Positions 19,344 to 29,855 are shown, counted from the first letter of the stretch. The stretch is 64,000 bases of DNA from an uncultured Clostridia bacterium (GCA_934149075.1 CAKPDR010000001.1:1916-65915), one strand, 5' to 3'. The notes: generated by a model from the sequence alone, not told the origin. A program made the numbers and translations.

Positions 19344-22300
19344 CTAACAACCTGTTCTAGGAAGTTTTTTCGTTGTTTCTATTTCTTTATAATAAGTAAT
19401 TGTAGTCCAATCATCTTTATCTTCAACATTAATATCTTTATAATTTCCAGATACTTTCGTGTGATTTACAAATATAAATCCATTTGGTAAATCATCCAAC
19501 ATATCACAGTATAATCTAGGTTGTTCAACTTCTCTGAAATCTGCTTTTACTGTTCCAAATCTAAATTCAAAGTCTGTTATGAATTCTCCCTCCTGTAATG
19601 TAGCATCTGTAAATTTCACTTCATTATTTACTAATGTACTTAAACCATCTTTTAACATTATATAATCATCGCTTAAATTAGTTTTATACCATACAGAATA
19701 TGTTAAATCTTCATTCCAAGTTCCTGTATAAATCTTATTTGCTCTTAGAGCATTTGTTGGTAATGAATCACTCCATGTAAAATTGTCTAATGCAATATTG
19801 GATTTATTATGAATATTTGAAAAATCATAGTATATACTATCTTTACTTTGAGTCTCTTTAAAGCCTTCTTTGTTAACTTCAATATCAATATCTACATTGT
19901 CATTTTCTACTTCTACATCAACAATTTCTTGATGTTTTACTATTTCTGCTTCAAATATTTCATCTGTAAGTATATAATAATCAGGGCTTTCAACCTCTTT
20001 TAAAGTATATTTTCCTTTTAGTAGTTCTTTTGTTGTAGCTTCGCCATTCTCATCTGTAACTAAAGTATCTACTAAATTATTGTTTTCATCATATACTTCA
20101 AATTTAGCATTTTCAAGTCTTTTACCTTTTACATCTCCATTATATTGATTATCTTCTTTACTTACTTTTGTTACTCTTATATAACCTTTTATTAGTTCAT
20201 TTTCAAAAGTCAAATCAGTAATTTGGTCTTGCGTTAATGTTATTGTTTGTGGTGTTTCATTTAATAAATAATTTTCTAATGTCTTTGATTCTTGTATTGT
20301 GTATTTTTTATCTATTCTCAATCTTTTACTTGTAGCTTCTCCATTTTCATCTGTAATTAAAGTATCTACTATGTTGTTCTCTTCATCATATATTTTAAAT
20401 TCTACACCTTGTAACTTCACTTCGTTATTGTCTTTATCAACTTTTATTACTTTTACTTGTCCTTTTTTTAGTTCATTTGTAAAAGTAATATCTGTAATTT
20501 GATCTTGTGCTAATGTCACTGTTTGTGGTGTTTCATTTAATACATAATTTTCTAATGTTTTTGATTCTTGTACTGTGTATTTTTTATCTATTCTCAATCT
20601 TTTACTTGTAGCTTCTCCGTTTTCATCTGTAATTAGAGTATCTACTAAGTTTTTATCTTCATCATATACTTTAAATTCTACACCTTTTAATTTAACTTCA
20701 TTATTATCTTGATCAACTTTTATTACTTTTATTTTACCTTTCTTTAATTCATTTGTAAAAGTAACTGTTCTTATTTGTTCTGCTTCTAATGCTACTGTTT
20801 GTGGAGTATCATTTAATACATAATTTTGTAAAGTTTCTTTTTCTCTAATTGTTAGTTTTGAATAATCTCTTATTGCATATCTTGATGTATATGCTTCTCC
20901 ATTTTCATCTGTTGTTATTGTTTCTAAAATTTTTCCGTTTTCATCTAAAACATCAAATTTTACTCCTTGCAATTTTACTTCGTTATTGTCTTTATCAACT
21001 TTTATTACTTTAACTTGACCTTTCTTTAATTCATTTTCAATAGTATTTTCTTCTGTTGTATTCCACTTAACTTCAACAGTTGTATCTTCTGCGAGATTAT
21101 ACCATTTTCCTGTATTTTTTTCGATTAGTTTATAATTTCCAGTTCTTAAATTTTCAATGCTAATTTCTCCATTTACATCTGTTGTATAAGTTCCAATTAC
21201 TTTTTGAAATTCTTCTGAATATAGATCAAATTGTACATTTCCTAGTGCAATTTTGTGATTATCTTTATCTACTTTGTATATTTTTAAATTTCCTTTTTTA
21301 TGATCATTTATTATATTTTGAGTAGTAGATTTGTTATACTCTACATTTACATCAAAAGTAGCTTTATTTATAACATAATTATCATTAGTAGAAATTTCCG
21401 TTAATTTATAATTATCTTGATATAGTCCACTAAATGTTGCTAAACCATTTGAATTTGTAGTAGCATTTGCGACTACTGTTCCATCTGTCTTTGTTAATTG
21501 AAATGTTACTCCTTGTATTGGTTTTGAAGTATCGCTATCTGTTTTATTTATTTGTATTTTTCCAGTATTAGTTTTTACATTTAATGTAGCTCTACCTACT
21601 CCATCTCCAAAAGGATCATAAGTAACTGCGTAATTTTGTGTTGCATTAATTCTTGTCTTTCCATAAAATACTGGATATGTTTTGCATTTTCCTTGAACAT
21701 TTATAATTGCATTACTTATATCTTTATTCATTGAAGATTTAGGAATTTTTAAATATACGCTTTCGCTTCCTGTAAACGAATTTGTTTGAGTTCCATTTCC
21801 GTTTGTTATTATAGATCCATTAGGTAAGTTGGCTGTTGATGTAACATTATAAGATGCCATATCAACACTACTACTAACATTAAATTTTTGTACCCAATAA
21901 TTACCTTCTTCATATATACTTCCTGAAGTTCTCATTGTAATTGTTCCATCTGAAGGTGTTTGATTTCCGTATCTTCCTATATTTACTAGATTTACTACTG
22001 CATTTGCTATTTTTGTTCCTCTTTCATCTCCCCCACGATATCTAGTAGCAGGATCATAACCATATAAAATACTATATACTGCTTGTTTAGTTGCAACAAA
22101 TGCATCATATTTGTTTTCAACTCCTAGCTCTGCTGGAGTCTTATATGGATATCCATTTATTATTGTTCTCCAAATTTGAACATTATCTAATACTGCATCT
22201 ATATCTACTGTGTAATCATCATATTCTCCCACACCTGGATATTCTTTATTCAAACAGTATGCTGGATACTCAACACCATTTTTTTGATATGTAACAAAAG

Positions 22301-22520
22301 TTGTAATTATATAATACCATCCATTTTTATCTGCATTCCAATATTGCAAGTGATATCCACAATCTCCTTTATCTTGCAAATTTGCTTCACTTATTTCTGT
22401 TGCAAATGAAAATCCACTAAATGTAGAACACAATGTTAAAATTAATAATAACATTGCTATTACTTTTTTTTCTTTTACTTTTATCATATTACCTCTTTCC
22501 TTTCCCATCAAAAAAAGCAC
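19344..22520 (-). CDS. LPXTG-type surface adhesin with tandem Cna-B/SpaA-like isopeptide domains (PrgB-like mating adhesin candidate)
   Basis: 1058 aa with a signal peptide, MIKVKEKKVIAMLLLILTLCSTFSGFSFA. It has at least 5 tandem 92-aa repeats of the form KKGxVKVIKVDKDNNEVKLQGVEFK.YDE.....TLITDENGEA. The C-terminus is ..KKLPRTGC, then stop. Confidence 0.8.
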   Translation of the reverse strand: MLFLMGKERGNMIKVKEKKVIAMLLLILTLCSTFSGFSFATEISEANLQDKGDCGYHLQYWNADKNGWYYIITTFVTYQKNGVEYPAYCLNKEYPGVGEYDDYTVDIDAVLDNVQIWRTIINGYPYKTPAELGVENKYDAFVATKQAVYSILYGYDPATRYRGGDERGTKIANAVVNLVNIGRYGNQTPSDGTITMRTSGSIYEEGNYWVQKFNVSSSVDMASYNVTSTANLPNGSIITNGNGTQTNSFTGSESVYLKIPKSSMNKDISNAIINVQGKCKTYPVFYGKTRINATQNYAVTYDPFGDGVGRATLNVKTNTGKIQINKTDSDTSKPIQGVTFQLTKTDGTVVANATTNSNGLATFSGLYQDNYKLTEISTNDNYVINKATFDVNVEYNKSTTQNIINDHKKGNLKIYKVDKDNHKIALGNVQFDLYSEEFQKVIGTYTTDVNGEISIENLRTGNYKLIEKNTGKWYNLAEDTTVEVKWNTTEENTIENELKKGQVKVIKVDKDNNEVKLQGVKFDVLDENGKILETITTDENGEAYTSRYAIRDYSKLTIREKETLQNYVLNDTPQTVALEAEQIRTVTFTNELKKGKIKVIKVDQDNNEVKLKGVEFKVYDEDKNLVDTLITDENGEATSKRLRIDKKYTVQESKTLENYVLNETPQTVTLAQDQITDITFTNELKKGQVKVIKVDKDNNEVKLQGVEFKIYDEENNIVDTLITDENGEATSKRLRIDKKYTIQESKTLENYLLNETPQTITLTQDQITDLTFENELIKGYIRVTKVSKEDNQYNGDVKGKRLENAKFEVYDENNNLVDTLVTDENGEATTKELLKGKYTLKEVESPDYYILTDEIFEAEIVKHQEIVDVEVENDNVDIDIEVNKEGFKETQSKDSIYYDFSNIHNKSNIALDNFTWSDSLPTNALRANKIYTGTWNEDLTYSVWYKTNLSDDYIMLKDGLSTLVNNEVKFTDATLQEGEFITDFEFRFGTVKADFREVEQPRLYCDMLDDLPNGFIFVNHTKVSGNYKDINVEDKDDWTTITYYKEIETTKKLPRTGC
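20013..20850. repeat. 276-bp tandem repeats inside the adhesin gene
   Basis: Near-identical DNA copies are offset by 276 bp, for example 20281 versus 20561. Diverged copies extend to about 21.1 kb. Confidence 0.8.
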
Positions 22521-22546
22521 CTATAAAAGTGCCTTTTAAAATAATG

Positions 22547-22729
22547 TTAATTATCTTCATATTCTGAAAATTCAACTCCCTTAAAGTCATTTTCATCTAA
22601 TACATATTCTTCATTTCTATATTTTTCTTTTGCTTTACTAATTGCTTCATTAACATTTTCTGCTTCAATTTCAACAACTCTTTGTAATAATTCTTCAATC
22701 TCAATTTTATAAATTCTTTTCATGTTCAC
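22547..22729 (-). CDS. small acidic hypothetical protein (60 aa)
   Basis: ORF in the track. Confidence 0.35.
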   Translation of the reverse strand: MNMKRIYKIEIEELLQRVVEIEAENVNEAISKAKEKYRNEEYVLDENDFKGVEFSEYEDN

Positions 22730-22735
22730 CTCCCT

Positions 22736-23455
22736 TTATATTAAATAACATTCTGTTGTTATATATTGTCCATTTCTATAATAATCTTGTGCATATATTC
22801 TTATATTTCCAAATTTCCAAGCTATTTTATCTTTCACTCTTTTTTCTGTAAATGTAAATTGTGTTGTAACTTCTGTAATTGAACTATCTACGACGATTTC
22901 ATATCCATAAAGTTTCATATCTTCTGAAGGATTGCTATTTATTATATTTCTTATTTCGGCAATCTTCTTTTCATTTATTCTATATTCTTCAACAGGTATT
23001 TTATTATCTTCTACTACTATCTTTTCTTGTGATATATCTTTATTTATAGCAGAGCCTATATTATCATTTTTAATTTCATCTTGTTTTACTATATCTGTGT
23101 TTACTTTCTCTACAACTTGATTATTATTTTCTTGAACGATATTTTTTTGATTATTTGCTTCTTTTTTTATTGTATTTGTTACACTATATGTAGCAACTTC
23201 TGAAACTTCTTGTTTAGTATTATTTACTTCATCTTCTATTATAGAATTATTTTCTTTTGTTTCATTAATATCTGCAATATTTAAGTCTTTTTCTTTTTCT
23301 TCAATTATAGCATTATCATTTTGAACATTTTCAAAATTTGTTACAGATAACTCTTGTTCTGATTTTTTTTCTGCATTCTGTCCCATATAATATAAATTTA
23401 CAAAGTTTCCTACTAAAATTATTAAAACTATAATTATTTTTTTCATAGTAATCAT
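22736..23455 (-). CDS. secreted or membrane-anchored hypothetical protein
   Basis: 239 aa with an N-terminal TM or signal segment and an acidic low-complexity linker. Confidence 0.45.
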   Translation of the reverse strand: MITMKKIIIVLIILVGNFVNLYYMGQNAEKKSEQELSVTNFENVQNDNAIIEEKEKDLNIADINETKENNSIIEDEVNNTKQEVSEVATYSVTNTIKKEANNQKNIVQENNNQVVEKVNTDIVKQDEIKNDNIGSAINKDISQEKIVVEDNKIPVEEYRINEKKIAEIRNIINSNPSEDMKLYGYEIVVDSSITEVTTQFTFTEKRVKDKIAWKFGNIRIYAQDYYRNGQYITTECYLI

Positions 23456-23522
23456 CTCCTACTATCATTATAAAACCTTAATAGTAAGATCACCAAACCC
23501 TTTTAGGAAATTTCACTAAAAT

Positions 23523-24128
23523 TTATTGTCCATAATTCATTCCATCTATAGATTCTATAGCTTGAACACATAGTCTTTTATCTTTTTGACCTGCAACACA
23601 AGTAATCAAAGTAATTCTATTATCTTCTGTTGCTCCTAAATAACTCCAGTCCTCATCATTTATTATTTTCTTTGTTGTTACTACATATCTTTTAGTTCCA
23701 TAGTTTGTTTGATAATAAATTTCACTACCTATTTTAATATTCTTTAAATTTTTAAAGAAGTCTCCATTACTTCCTGAATTATGAGAAGCTAGACCTACAT
23801 TTCCCTCATAAATACTGGTTGATGGGAAGTGTCCTATTGTCCCAGATAAAGTAGTTAATTCTACGCTTTCTCTTATTGGTGCATTATCCAGTAAAATATC
23901 AGGAATTGTTAATGTTCCTATTTCATCATTGTAATGTATAATATCTTGTTCTATATTTTCGAGTGGTGTAGCTTCTAATTCTTCATTATCTCCAACTTCA
24001 ATACTTTCTGCATTTTTATTAGCTTTATAAATTGGATATTTATATGCAAAAAAAATAACTCCTATAAGAACTATAATTGCAACTATAACAACTGTTATTA
24101 TAAATTTATTTTCTTTTTTCATAAGCAA
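23523..24128 (-). CDS. sortase (cysteine transpeptidase)
   Basis: 201 aa with an N-terminal TM, an active-site TLITC Cys motif (RITLITCVAGQ) and a His in GLASHNSG. Confidence 0.8.
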   Translation of the reverse strand: MLMKKENKFIITVVIVAIIVLIGVIFFAYKYPIYKANKNAESIEVGDNEELEATPLENIEQDIIHYNDEIGTLTIPDILLDNAPIRESVELTTLSGTIGHFPSTSIYEGNVGLASHNSGSNGDFFKNLKNIKIGSEIYYQTNYGTKRYVVTTKKIINDEDWSYLGATEDNRITLITCVAGQKDKRLCVQAIESIDGMNYGQ

Positions 24129-24134
24129 ATCCTC

Positions 24135-25205
24135 CTATATTCTAACTTCAATAATATATCTTTCTTTTTCATTGCTATTTACTAGCATTTTTATAGTTGT
24201 TCCATTCTTACTTACAGTTATCATTTTTCCTTTCAATTTTTTTGTTAAATTCTTAGATAACTCTAATTTGTATTTATCAGTTGTTTCAAAAAAACTAAAT
24301 CTATCTAATTTTATCCTTCCATCTCTTGTAGCCCTTACTTTTCCTACTTTTTTATATTTTCCATCTTTATAGTTATAAACTGTTACATTTCTTGTTAAAA
24401 AGAATACAATTACTAAAATGATTCCTGTTGTTCCTCCAACTACTGGCAACACATTATTCTCTTGTTTTTCTTCTACTTGTTCAGGTTGTTCTTTTTCATA
24501 TTTTATAACATAAGTAATTGGATTTTCTTCAGTCTTAGTTGCTATTCCAAGATATTCAGCTGTTACTGTATATGTATTAGGATAATCAACTCTTTGCTTA
24601 GTAGCATAATAGCATTTAGCAGTATATGTATTAGCAACCTCATATTCTCCAATCATCTTTGTAGATTCTACTTGCCATTCAACATCTAGAAGATCCAATG
24701 TTAATCCATTTTTTACTGTTTGTTTTGGTATAAAATCTAAATCATTTTTTTCTAGGTTATTATAATTTATCGTCTCTTCAATCAAATCTTCTCTAAATCC
24801 ATTGTAGTTTGTCTTAATTTTTAGAGTATTAGGATTCAAAATATATTCTCCTATATATCCATCTTTTTCATATTTGATTGTATTTCCTAATTGTTCAATA
24901 ATTTTATCTTTTTTATTTGTTTTTGATAATATAGTTTTAGTTGTATTTATATCTATCGTTTCTAATGTATTTCCTCCTTCAGCAGTATAATCTACATACT
25001 TGTATTTGCTTCCATCAACTTCTATTTCTTTTGATAACATTTCTAAAAATGTATCTTTCTCTGATTCCATAACTTGATATGTTTTATAACAATTTAACTC
25101 ATCTTCAGTAATTTCTGTTTTTTCCATCGTTATTGCAAAACAATTTACTGTTGTAAGTAAGATGCAAAAACTGCAAACTGCTAATATCTTTTTTAACCAC
25201 TTCAT
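24135..25205 (-). CDS. secreted protein with a C-proximal TM segment
   Basis: 356 aa with a signal peptide, MKWLKKILAVCSFCILLTTVNCFA, and the hydrophobic segment LPVVGGTTGIILVIVFFL followed by about 85 aa. Confidence 0.45.
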   Translation of the reverse strand: MKWLKKILAVCSFCILLTTVNCFAITMEKTEITEDELNCYKTYQVMESEKDTFLEMLSKEIEVDGSKYKYVDYTAEGGNTLETIDINTTKTILSKTNKKDKIIEQLGNTIKYEKDGYIGEYILNPNTLKIKTNYNGFREDLIEETINYNNLEKNDLDFIPKQTVKNGLTLDLLDVEWQVESTKMIGEYEVANTYTAKCYYATKQRVDYPNTYTVTAEYLGIATKTEENPITYVIKYEKEQPEQVEEKQENNVLPVVGGTTGIILVIVFFLTRNVTVYNYKDGKYKKVGKVRATRDGRIKLDRFSFFETTDKYKLELSKNLTKKLKGKMITVSKNGTTIKMLVNSNEKERYIIEVRI

Positions 25206-25214
25206 TTTAACCTC

Positions 25215-25439
25215 CTAAAATTTGAATATTCCTAATTTATTTGCTATATAAGTTGCTCCAATAGAGCATAAAATTAATATTCCTATATAAAATAATACAT
25301 GAAATATTCTTATAATTATTTCAAATAAAAAAAGTAGTATTTTAATAAACGATTTTTGTTCATTAACTACTACTTCTTCATCATATTTTTGTCTTACTTT
25401 TTGTCTTTTTAAATATTCTTTATAGATATTTTTGCTCAC
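25215..25439 (-). CDS. small membrane protein (74 aa)
   Basis: It has two hydrophobic segments and overlaps the upstream gene by 4 nt. Confidence 0.4.
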   Translation of the reverse strand: MSKNIYKEYLKRQKVRQKYDEEVVVNEQKSFIKILLFLFEIIIRIFHVLFYIGILILCSIGATYIANKLGIFKF

Positions 25440-26539
25440 TTTTTACCTCTTTTCAAAAAGTTAAATATACTATTTTTTTCTATTACTTCTATTTTGTTTG
25501 ATTTCTCTGCTATATAATCTTTAAAAATTTCGTGATAAATTTCTGTATTTACATTATCATTAAAAGTATCTGAAGTATATTCTGAAAAAAATATATTTTT
25601 CACTATTCCTCTTAATGTTCTTTTAAATTTAGCCTTTTCTTCATCACTAGAAAAATTGAATATATAATTTACTTCAGGAATCTTCTCTAATAAACTTAAA
25701 ACTCTAAATGTTTCATCTGTTTCCCATGCCTTTGTTCCTCCTACTACTATTTTAACTTCTTTTGACAAAAAATTATCTAGTGTATTTTCATTTAAAGTCC
25801 CATAATCATAAATATAGAAATCATAGCCATATTGCATTGCATCAATTTTATTTGTATTACTATAAAGATCAATTCCTCTATGCGAATACATATTATCTTT
25901 TTTAGTTACTCCTTCTAATGTTTCAATATTTTTTATTTCATCTTTATCTGTACTGCAAATATAACAGGCATTCATATTTAAACTTTTCAAAAACATTGTA
26001 ATTAAAATAGCTTGTGTTGTAACTCCTATATGCTTTTCAGTTCCTGCTACTGCTATATTTACAAATTGTTTTAATGTCTTATATTCCTTCTTTACAATTA
26101 CTTTATTTTTCTTTGTTTCTTCAACTTTTTGCCTAAACCTTATAGCATCTTTGTATTGACATCCTTCAGCACATAAGCAATTTCTAAATTGCTCTTTTTG
26201 TTCATAGTAGGTTTTGGCATTTACAAAATTATAAATACCTTCATTAAATAGTTTTGAAAGTAATCTATCTCCCTCTTCATGACCTAAAGCAACTACAATA
26301 ACTCTAATATTATACATACTTTTTATTGCTACAATAGATTGTATGATTTCATCTTCATTTTCCTTTGTTGAATCAACATCTATAATTATTTGTTTATAAT
26401 TATTTAGGTTCTTCAGTTCCTGAATTGCAAATCTTTTTAAACTATCAACTCCTGTTAATACTTGTGGTATTTCGAATCCATTTTCTTTGCATACTTCGTA
26501 AATTATTTTTTCATTTTCTCTAGTAATTGCTAAAATCAA
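25436..26539 (-). CDS. hypothetical protein with a receiver-like N-domain and a degenerate ParA/CpaE-like P-loop
   Basis: 367 aa. VNIAVAGTEKHIGVTTQAI resembles a deviant Walker A, so the protein may be a pseudo-ATPase. Confidence 0.35.
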   Translation of the reverse strand: MILAITRENEKIIYEVCKENGFEIPQVLTGVDSLKRFAIQELKNLNNYKQIIIDVDSTKENEDEIIQSIVAIKSMYNIRVIVVALGHEEGDRLLSKLFNEGIYNFVNAKTYYEQKEQFRNCLCAEGCQYKDAIRFRQKVEETKKNKVIVKKEYKTLKQFVNIAVAGTEKHIGVTTQAILITMFLKSLNMNACYICSTDKDEIKNIETLEGVTKKDNMYSHRGIDLYSNTNKIDAMQYGYDFYIYDYGTLNENTLDNFLSKEVKIVVGGTKAWETDETFRVLSLLEKIPEVNYIFNFSSDEEKAKFKRTLRGIVKNIFFSEYTSDTFNDNVNTEIYHEIFKDYIAEKSNKIEVIEKNSIFNFLKRGKK

Positions 26540-26559
26540 ATTTAACCCTCCTTTGCAAC

Positions 26560-26592
26560 AAAAAAGACTTTGAACTTACAAAGTCTTTTTTA
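26560..26592 (-). terminator. strong intrinsic terminator after the S8 peptidase gene
   Basis: aaaagactttg-aactta-caaagtcttttttt. Confidence 0.7.
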
Positions 26593-26596
26593 TATG

Positions 26597-28813
26597 TTAT
26601 TCAAATTTTATTATTTCTTCTGCTGATGCATATATGTCTAATCTATTTTCTATGTTTACTCTATTGACAATCCAATTTCTCATAGTACATTGATCAATAA
26701 ATTCTTGCATTCTATTTTTTCCAAACATTTCTTTTAATGTTATTACTACACCAAATTTTAATCCCCTATCTCTTTCTAATCTTTCTTTATTAGTTAATTT
26801 TATTCCCCATAAATTAGAATTAAAACTTTTTCTTGGTACCTTTGTATCTTTTATTTCATCTACTACAATTTTAACATTATCCCATTTTCTATATAGCTCT
26901 CGAGCAGTTGCTTCATTGGTTGCTCTATCTAATTCCCCGCCTTGAGTATTTCTATTAATTGATCTTATATCTTTCACACCCATTCTGCCAAATTGTAAAT
27001 CTAATTCCGTATTGGTATAATCAACTCCTTGACTTCTAGTACATTTAGGAAAATAACATAAAACAGCCTTAGCATAAAATGGAAATTTTTCATTTACCAC
27101 TGGTACAGGCAAATTGTATGTATATGTATAATACGAATTTGCATTTCCTTCTATATAAAATTTAATTTCATCTTTTTGACCTAACATTACCTCTGATATC
27201 TTTGTTGGAACTACTCCATATCCTAAATATTCTTCATCTTTGTTGGTTTTATTCCAGCCTACTGCGGAATCAATTATTAAAGCTTTAGCAATTTCTCTAG
27301 ATAAATTCATTTTATCTATCAGGTAACTCAATTTTCTAGAAATCCAAGGTGCAGCAAATGATGTTCCTCGTTGAATATCTAGTCCAGTAGGAGTACATAC
27401 ATTTATATATTCATTTGTATCTCCGCCAAAAGCACAAACATCTGGTTTAACAAAAAAAGATAATACCTTTCCTTTTCTAGCATATGATGCTTTGTCTCCA
27501 TTTTTATCTACAGCATTGACAACTAATGAATTTATAGAATCAGCAGGAGCACCTATTCTCACTATTTCTTTTGAATTTTTTTTATTAGTTCCAGCTACAA
27601 CAAATATAACATTATTTTCATACTGTATTTCATCTAAAGCTGCTGCTTCTGGTGATATATAATTTTGACTTATTTCAAATTTTGAGCCCAATGAAATATT
27701 CCATACATGAATATCTTTATTTTCTTTTACGATTCTTTTTATTTGATTAATTATGTCATATGAATTATTAACTCCTGCTTTTGCGACTCCAAAGTGTCTT
27801 ACTTTAAAAAGACCACATTCATCATCCCATTTTGTATTTGTTCTAGCTCCATCTACAATTATTGAAGATACTTCCGTTCCATGGACATAATCTTCAGCTT
27901 CTCTCGGCATATCTTTATTTAAGCAATCTGTATAATCAACCCATTTGCTGAAATATACATTTTCATCAAATAATGTATCTATAACACCAATAGTTGGTTC
28001 ACTCGTTGGTAATGGCATATCTAAAAAATTTATGTTTGTGTCTATTTTATTTTCTGTTTCTTGATAGTATGTTGCAAAATCTGTCATAGCCATAGAAACT
28101 AAATATGAAGCATTTTGTCTAATTTTAAATAATATTGATGAATTATTAACATATATTGTATCATTTGAAAACACTTCATATTCTGTATTCTTCAAACCAA
28201 TTCTATTCATTAGTTCTACTATATTAATTCCTGTATCAAAAATGGTTATATAAGATTTTACTTCATCAATAATATCTCCATTTTCATATACATCAAACTT
28301 TTCAATATCTATCAAATCTGTTACATACTTTTTAAATGCACTTTTAACCATATTATGCTTTTTTAATAAAGTTTCTTTTTTGTCTATTAAACTAAAATTT
28401 TCCGAATTTATAACGCCATCAAAGCCATTATTTATAATATCTATTAGTATATTTATTCTTTCTATGCTTTTATTTAAAGTCTTTTTATCAATATAATATG
28501 TAATTATATGCTTTTTATTCTTAATGTCAGAAAACCTTACTCCTCTAACATAATTATTTGATGGTTCACTTCCAATAGAGAAAAATCCTTTTAGTCTTGA
28601 TGACTTTGGAATCACTCTATTGTAATATACACTAACTAATGCTCCTGGTATTATAGTTTTATCTTTCCAAAATTCATTTAATCTCTCTAAATCTTTTTTC
28701 AACTTAATCAAATCATCAGATTTTACCTCTTTTGACTTAGCTATTGAATAATTTATTGGTCCTTTGTATTTTGATGATTCTAATCTTCCTTTTAATTCTA
28801 ATAAATCATTCAT
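26597..28813 (-). CDS. subtilisin-like S8 serine peptidase (IetS-like)
   Basis: 738 aa with a catalytic triad: Asp in IGVIDTLFDE, His in HGTEVSSII and Ser in GTSFAAPWIS. It overlaps the upstream ATPase gene by 8 nt. Confidence 0.8.
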   Translation of the reverse strand: MNDLLELKGRLESSKYKGPINYSIAKSKEVKSDDLIKLKKDLERLNEFWKDKTIIPGALVSVYYNRVIPKSSRLKGFFSIGSEPSNNYVRGVRFSDIKNKKHIITYYIDKKTLNKSIERINILIDIINNGFDGVINSENFSLIDKKETLLKKHNMVKSAFKKYVTDLIDIEKFDVYENGDIIDEVKSYITIFDTGINIVELMNRIGLKNTEYEVFSNDTIYVNNSSILFKIRQNASYLVSMAMTDFATYYQETENKIDTNINFLDMPLPTSEPTIGVIDTLFDENVYFSKWVDYTDCLNKDMPREAEDYVHGTEVSSIIVDGARTNTKWDDECGLFKVRHFGVAKAGVNNSYDIINQIKRIVKENKDIHVWNISLGSKFEISQNYISPEAAALDEIQYENNVIFVVAGTNKKNSKEIVRIGAPADSINSLVVNAVDKNGDKASYARKGKVLSFFVKPDVCAFGGDTNEYINVCTPTGLDIQRGTSFAAPWISRKLSYLIDKMNLSREIAKALIIDSAVGWNKTNKDEEYLGYGVVPTKISEVMLGQKDEIKFYIEGNANSYYTYTYNLPVPVVNEKFPFYAKAVLCYFPKCTRSQGVDYTNTELDLQFGRMGVKDIRSINRNTQGGELDRATNEATARELYRKWDNVKIVVDEIKDTKVPRKSFNSNLWGIKLTNKERLERDRGLKFGVVITLKEMFGKNRMQEFIDQCTMRNWIVNRVNIENRLDIYASAEEIIKFE

Positions 28814-29855
28814 TGTTTATCCCCCTTGATACACTACTTTTTGAAATTCCCGTTAATTTTTCAATTTCTCTAACAGAAAAACCTTGCTCTTGAAGTTTTT
28901 TCAGATCATTTGTTAATTTTTCATTTGTTATAGTTTCATAAATTTTTGACAGATATCCATATTCCATAGTCATATCACTAAAAGCTATTGAACTCCTTAT
29001 TATATTTTTAAGATCTCCTGGATATGGTAATGTTTCTACCAAACTATAAATTTTATTAAGTATTTTATATTCAGGTTTAACATTTGAATATTTTTTAAGT
29101 TCAGAAGTAATTATTGTATCCGCTATTTCCTCTAAATCTTCTTTACTATATCTATTAAAATCAACAATATAATCAAATCGTCTTAATAATGCTTTATCAA
29201 ACTGTTTATATAAATTTGTAGTTGCAATCAATAATATTTTTTCATTTAAATTATCAAATTCTTTTAATAAAGTAGATGTTACCCTTCCCATTTCTCTTAA
29301 ATCATTAGAATTAATCCTATCTAATGAAATAGCATCAATTTCATCAAATAAAATAATTACTTTATCTGGTTGTTTTAGACAATTTATATCATCAAAAACT
29401 TGAATCAAATTTTTAGAAGTCTGACCAAGTTTACTATCTACTATTCTATCAAATTGCACTGAATATAATTCTCTATCTAAAATTCTTGCAATTTGTTTGG
29501 CTGCTTCTGTCTTTCCTGTTCCAGAGTCTCCAACAAATAAAAATTTATTTACATTAGATTTTTTATTAACAGCATTTAATATTCCCATTATATCTATTTC
29601 TATAGGTTTTGGTACTTTAAATGTATTTGATGGATTATTCATCTTTACAAAAAATTCTGAATAATCATCAACGAATTGAGGACTAAAAGTATTGGCATTT
29701 GATAATAGTGCCATTATATATCTTGCCAACTCTTCATCCCCACTATTTTGAAAATCTGTTGCAATTTCATAAGCTTCATTTCTAAATTCTTTATCATTTC
29801 CATCTATGTGATATTTTATTAAATTAATTACATTCTTCTTTTTCATATCAATCAA
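28806..29855 (-). CDS. AAA-family ATPase with a C-terminal HTH (IetA-like)
   Basis: 349 aa with Walker A FVGDSGTGKTEAAK and Walker B IILFDEIDA. The C-terminus, REIEKLTGISKSSVSRGI, is an HTH. Confidence 0.75.
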   Translation of the reverse strand: MIDMKKKNVINLIKYHIDGNDKEFRNEAYEIATDFQNSGDEELARYIMALLSNANTFSPQFVDDYSEFFVKMNNPSNTFKVPKPIEIDIMGILNAVNKKSNVNKFLFVGDSGTGKTEAAKQIARILDRELYSVQFDRIVDSKLGQTSKNLIQVFDDINCLKQPDKVIILFDEIDAISLDRINSNDLREMGRVTSTLLKEFDNLNEKILLIATTNLYKQFDKALLRRFDYIVDFNRYSKEDLEEIADTIITSELKKYSNVKPEYKILNKIYSLVETLPYPGDLKNIIRSSIAFSDMTMEYGYLSKIYETITNEKLTNDLKKLQEQGFSVREIEKLTGISKSSVSRGINNE

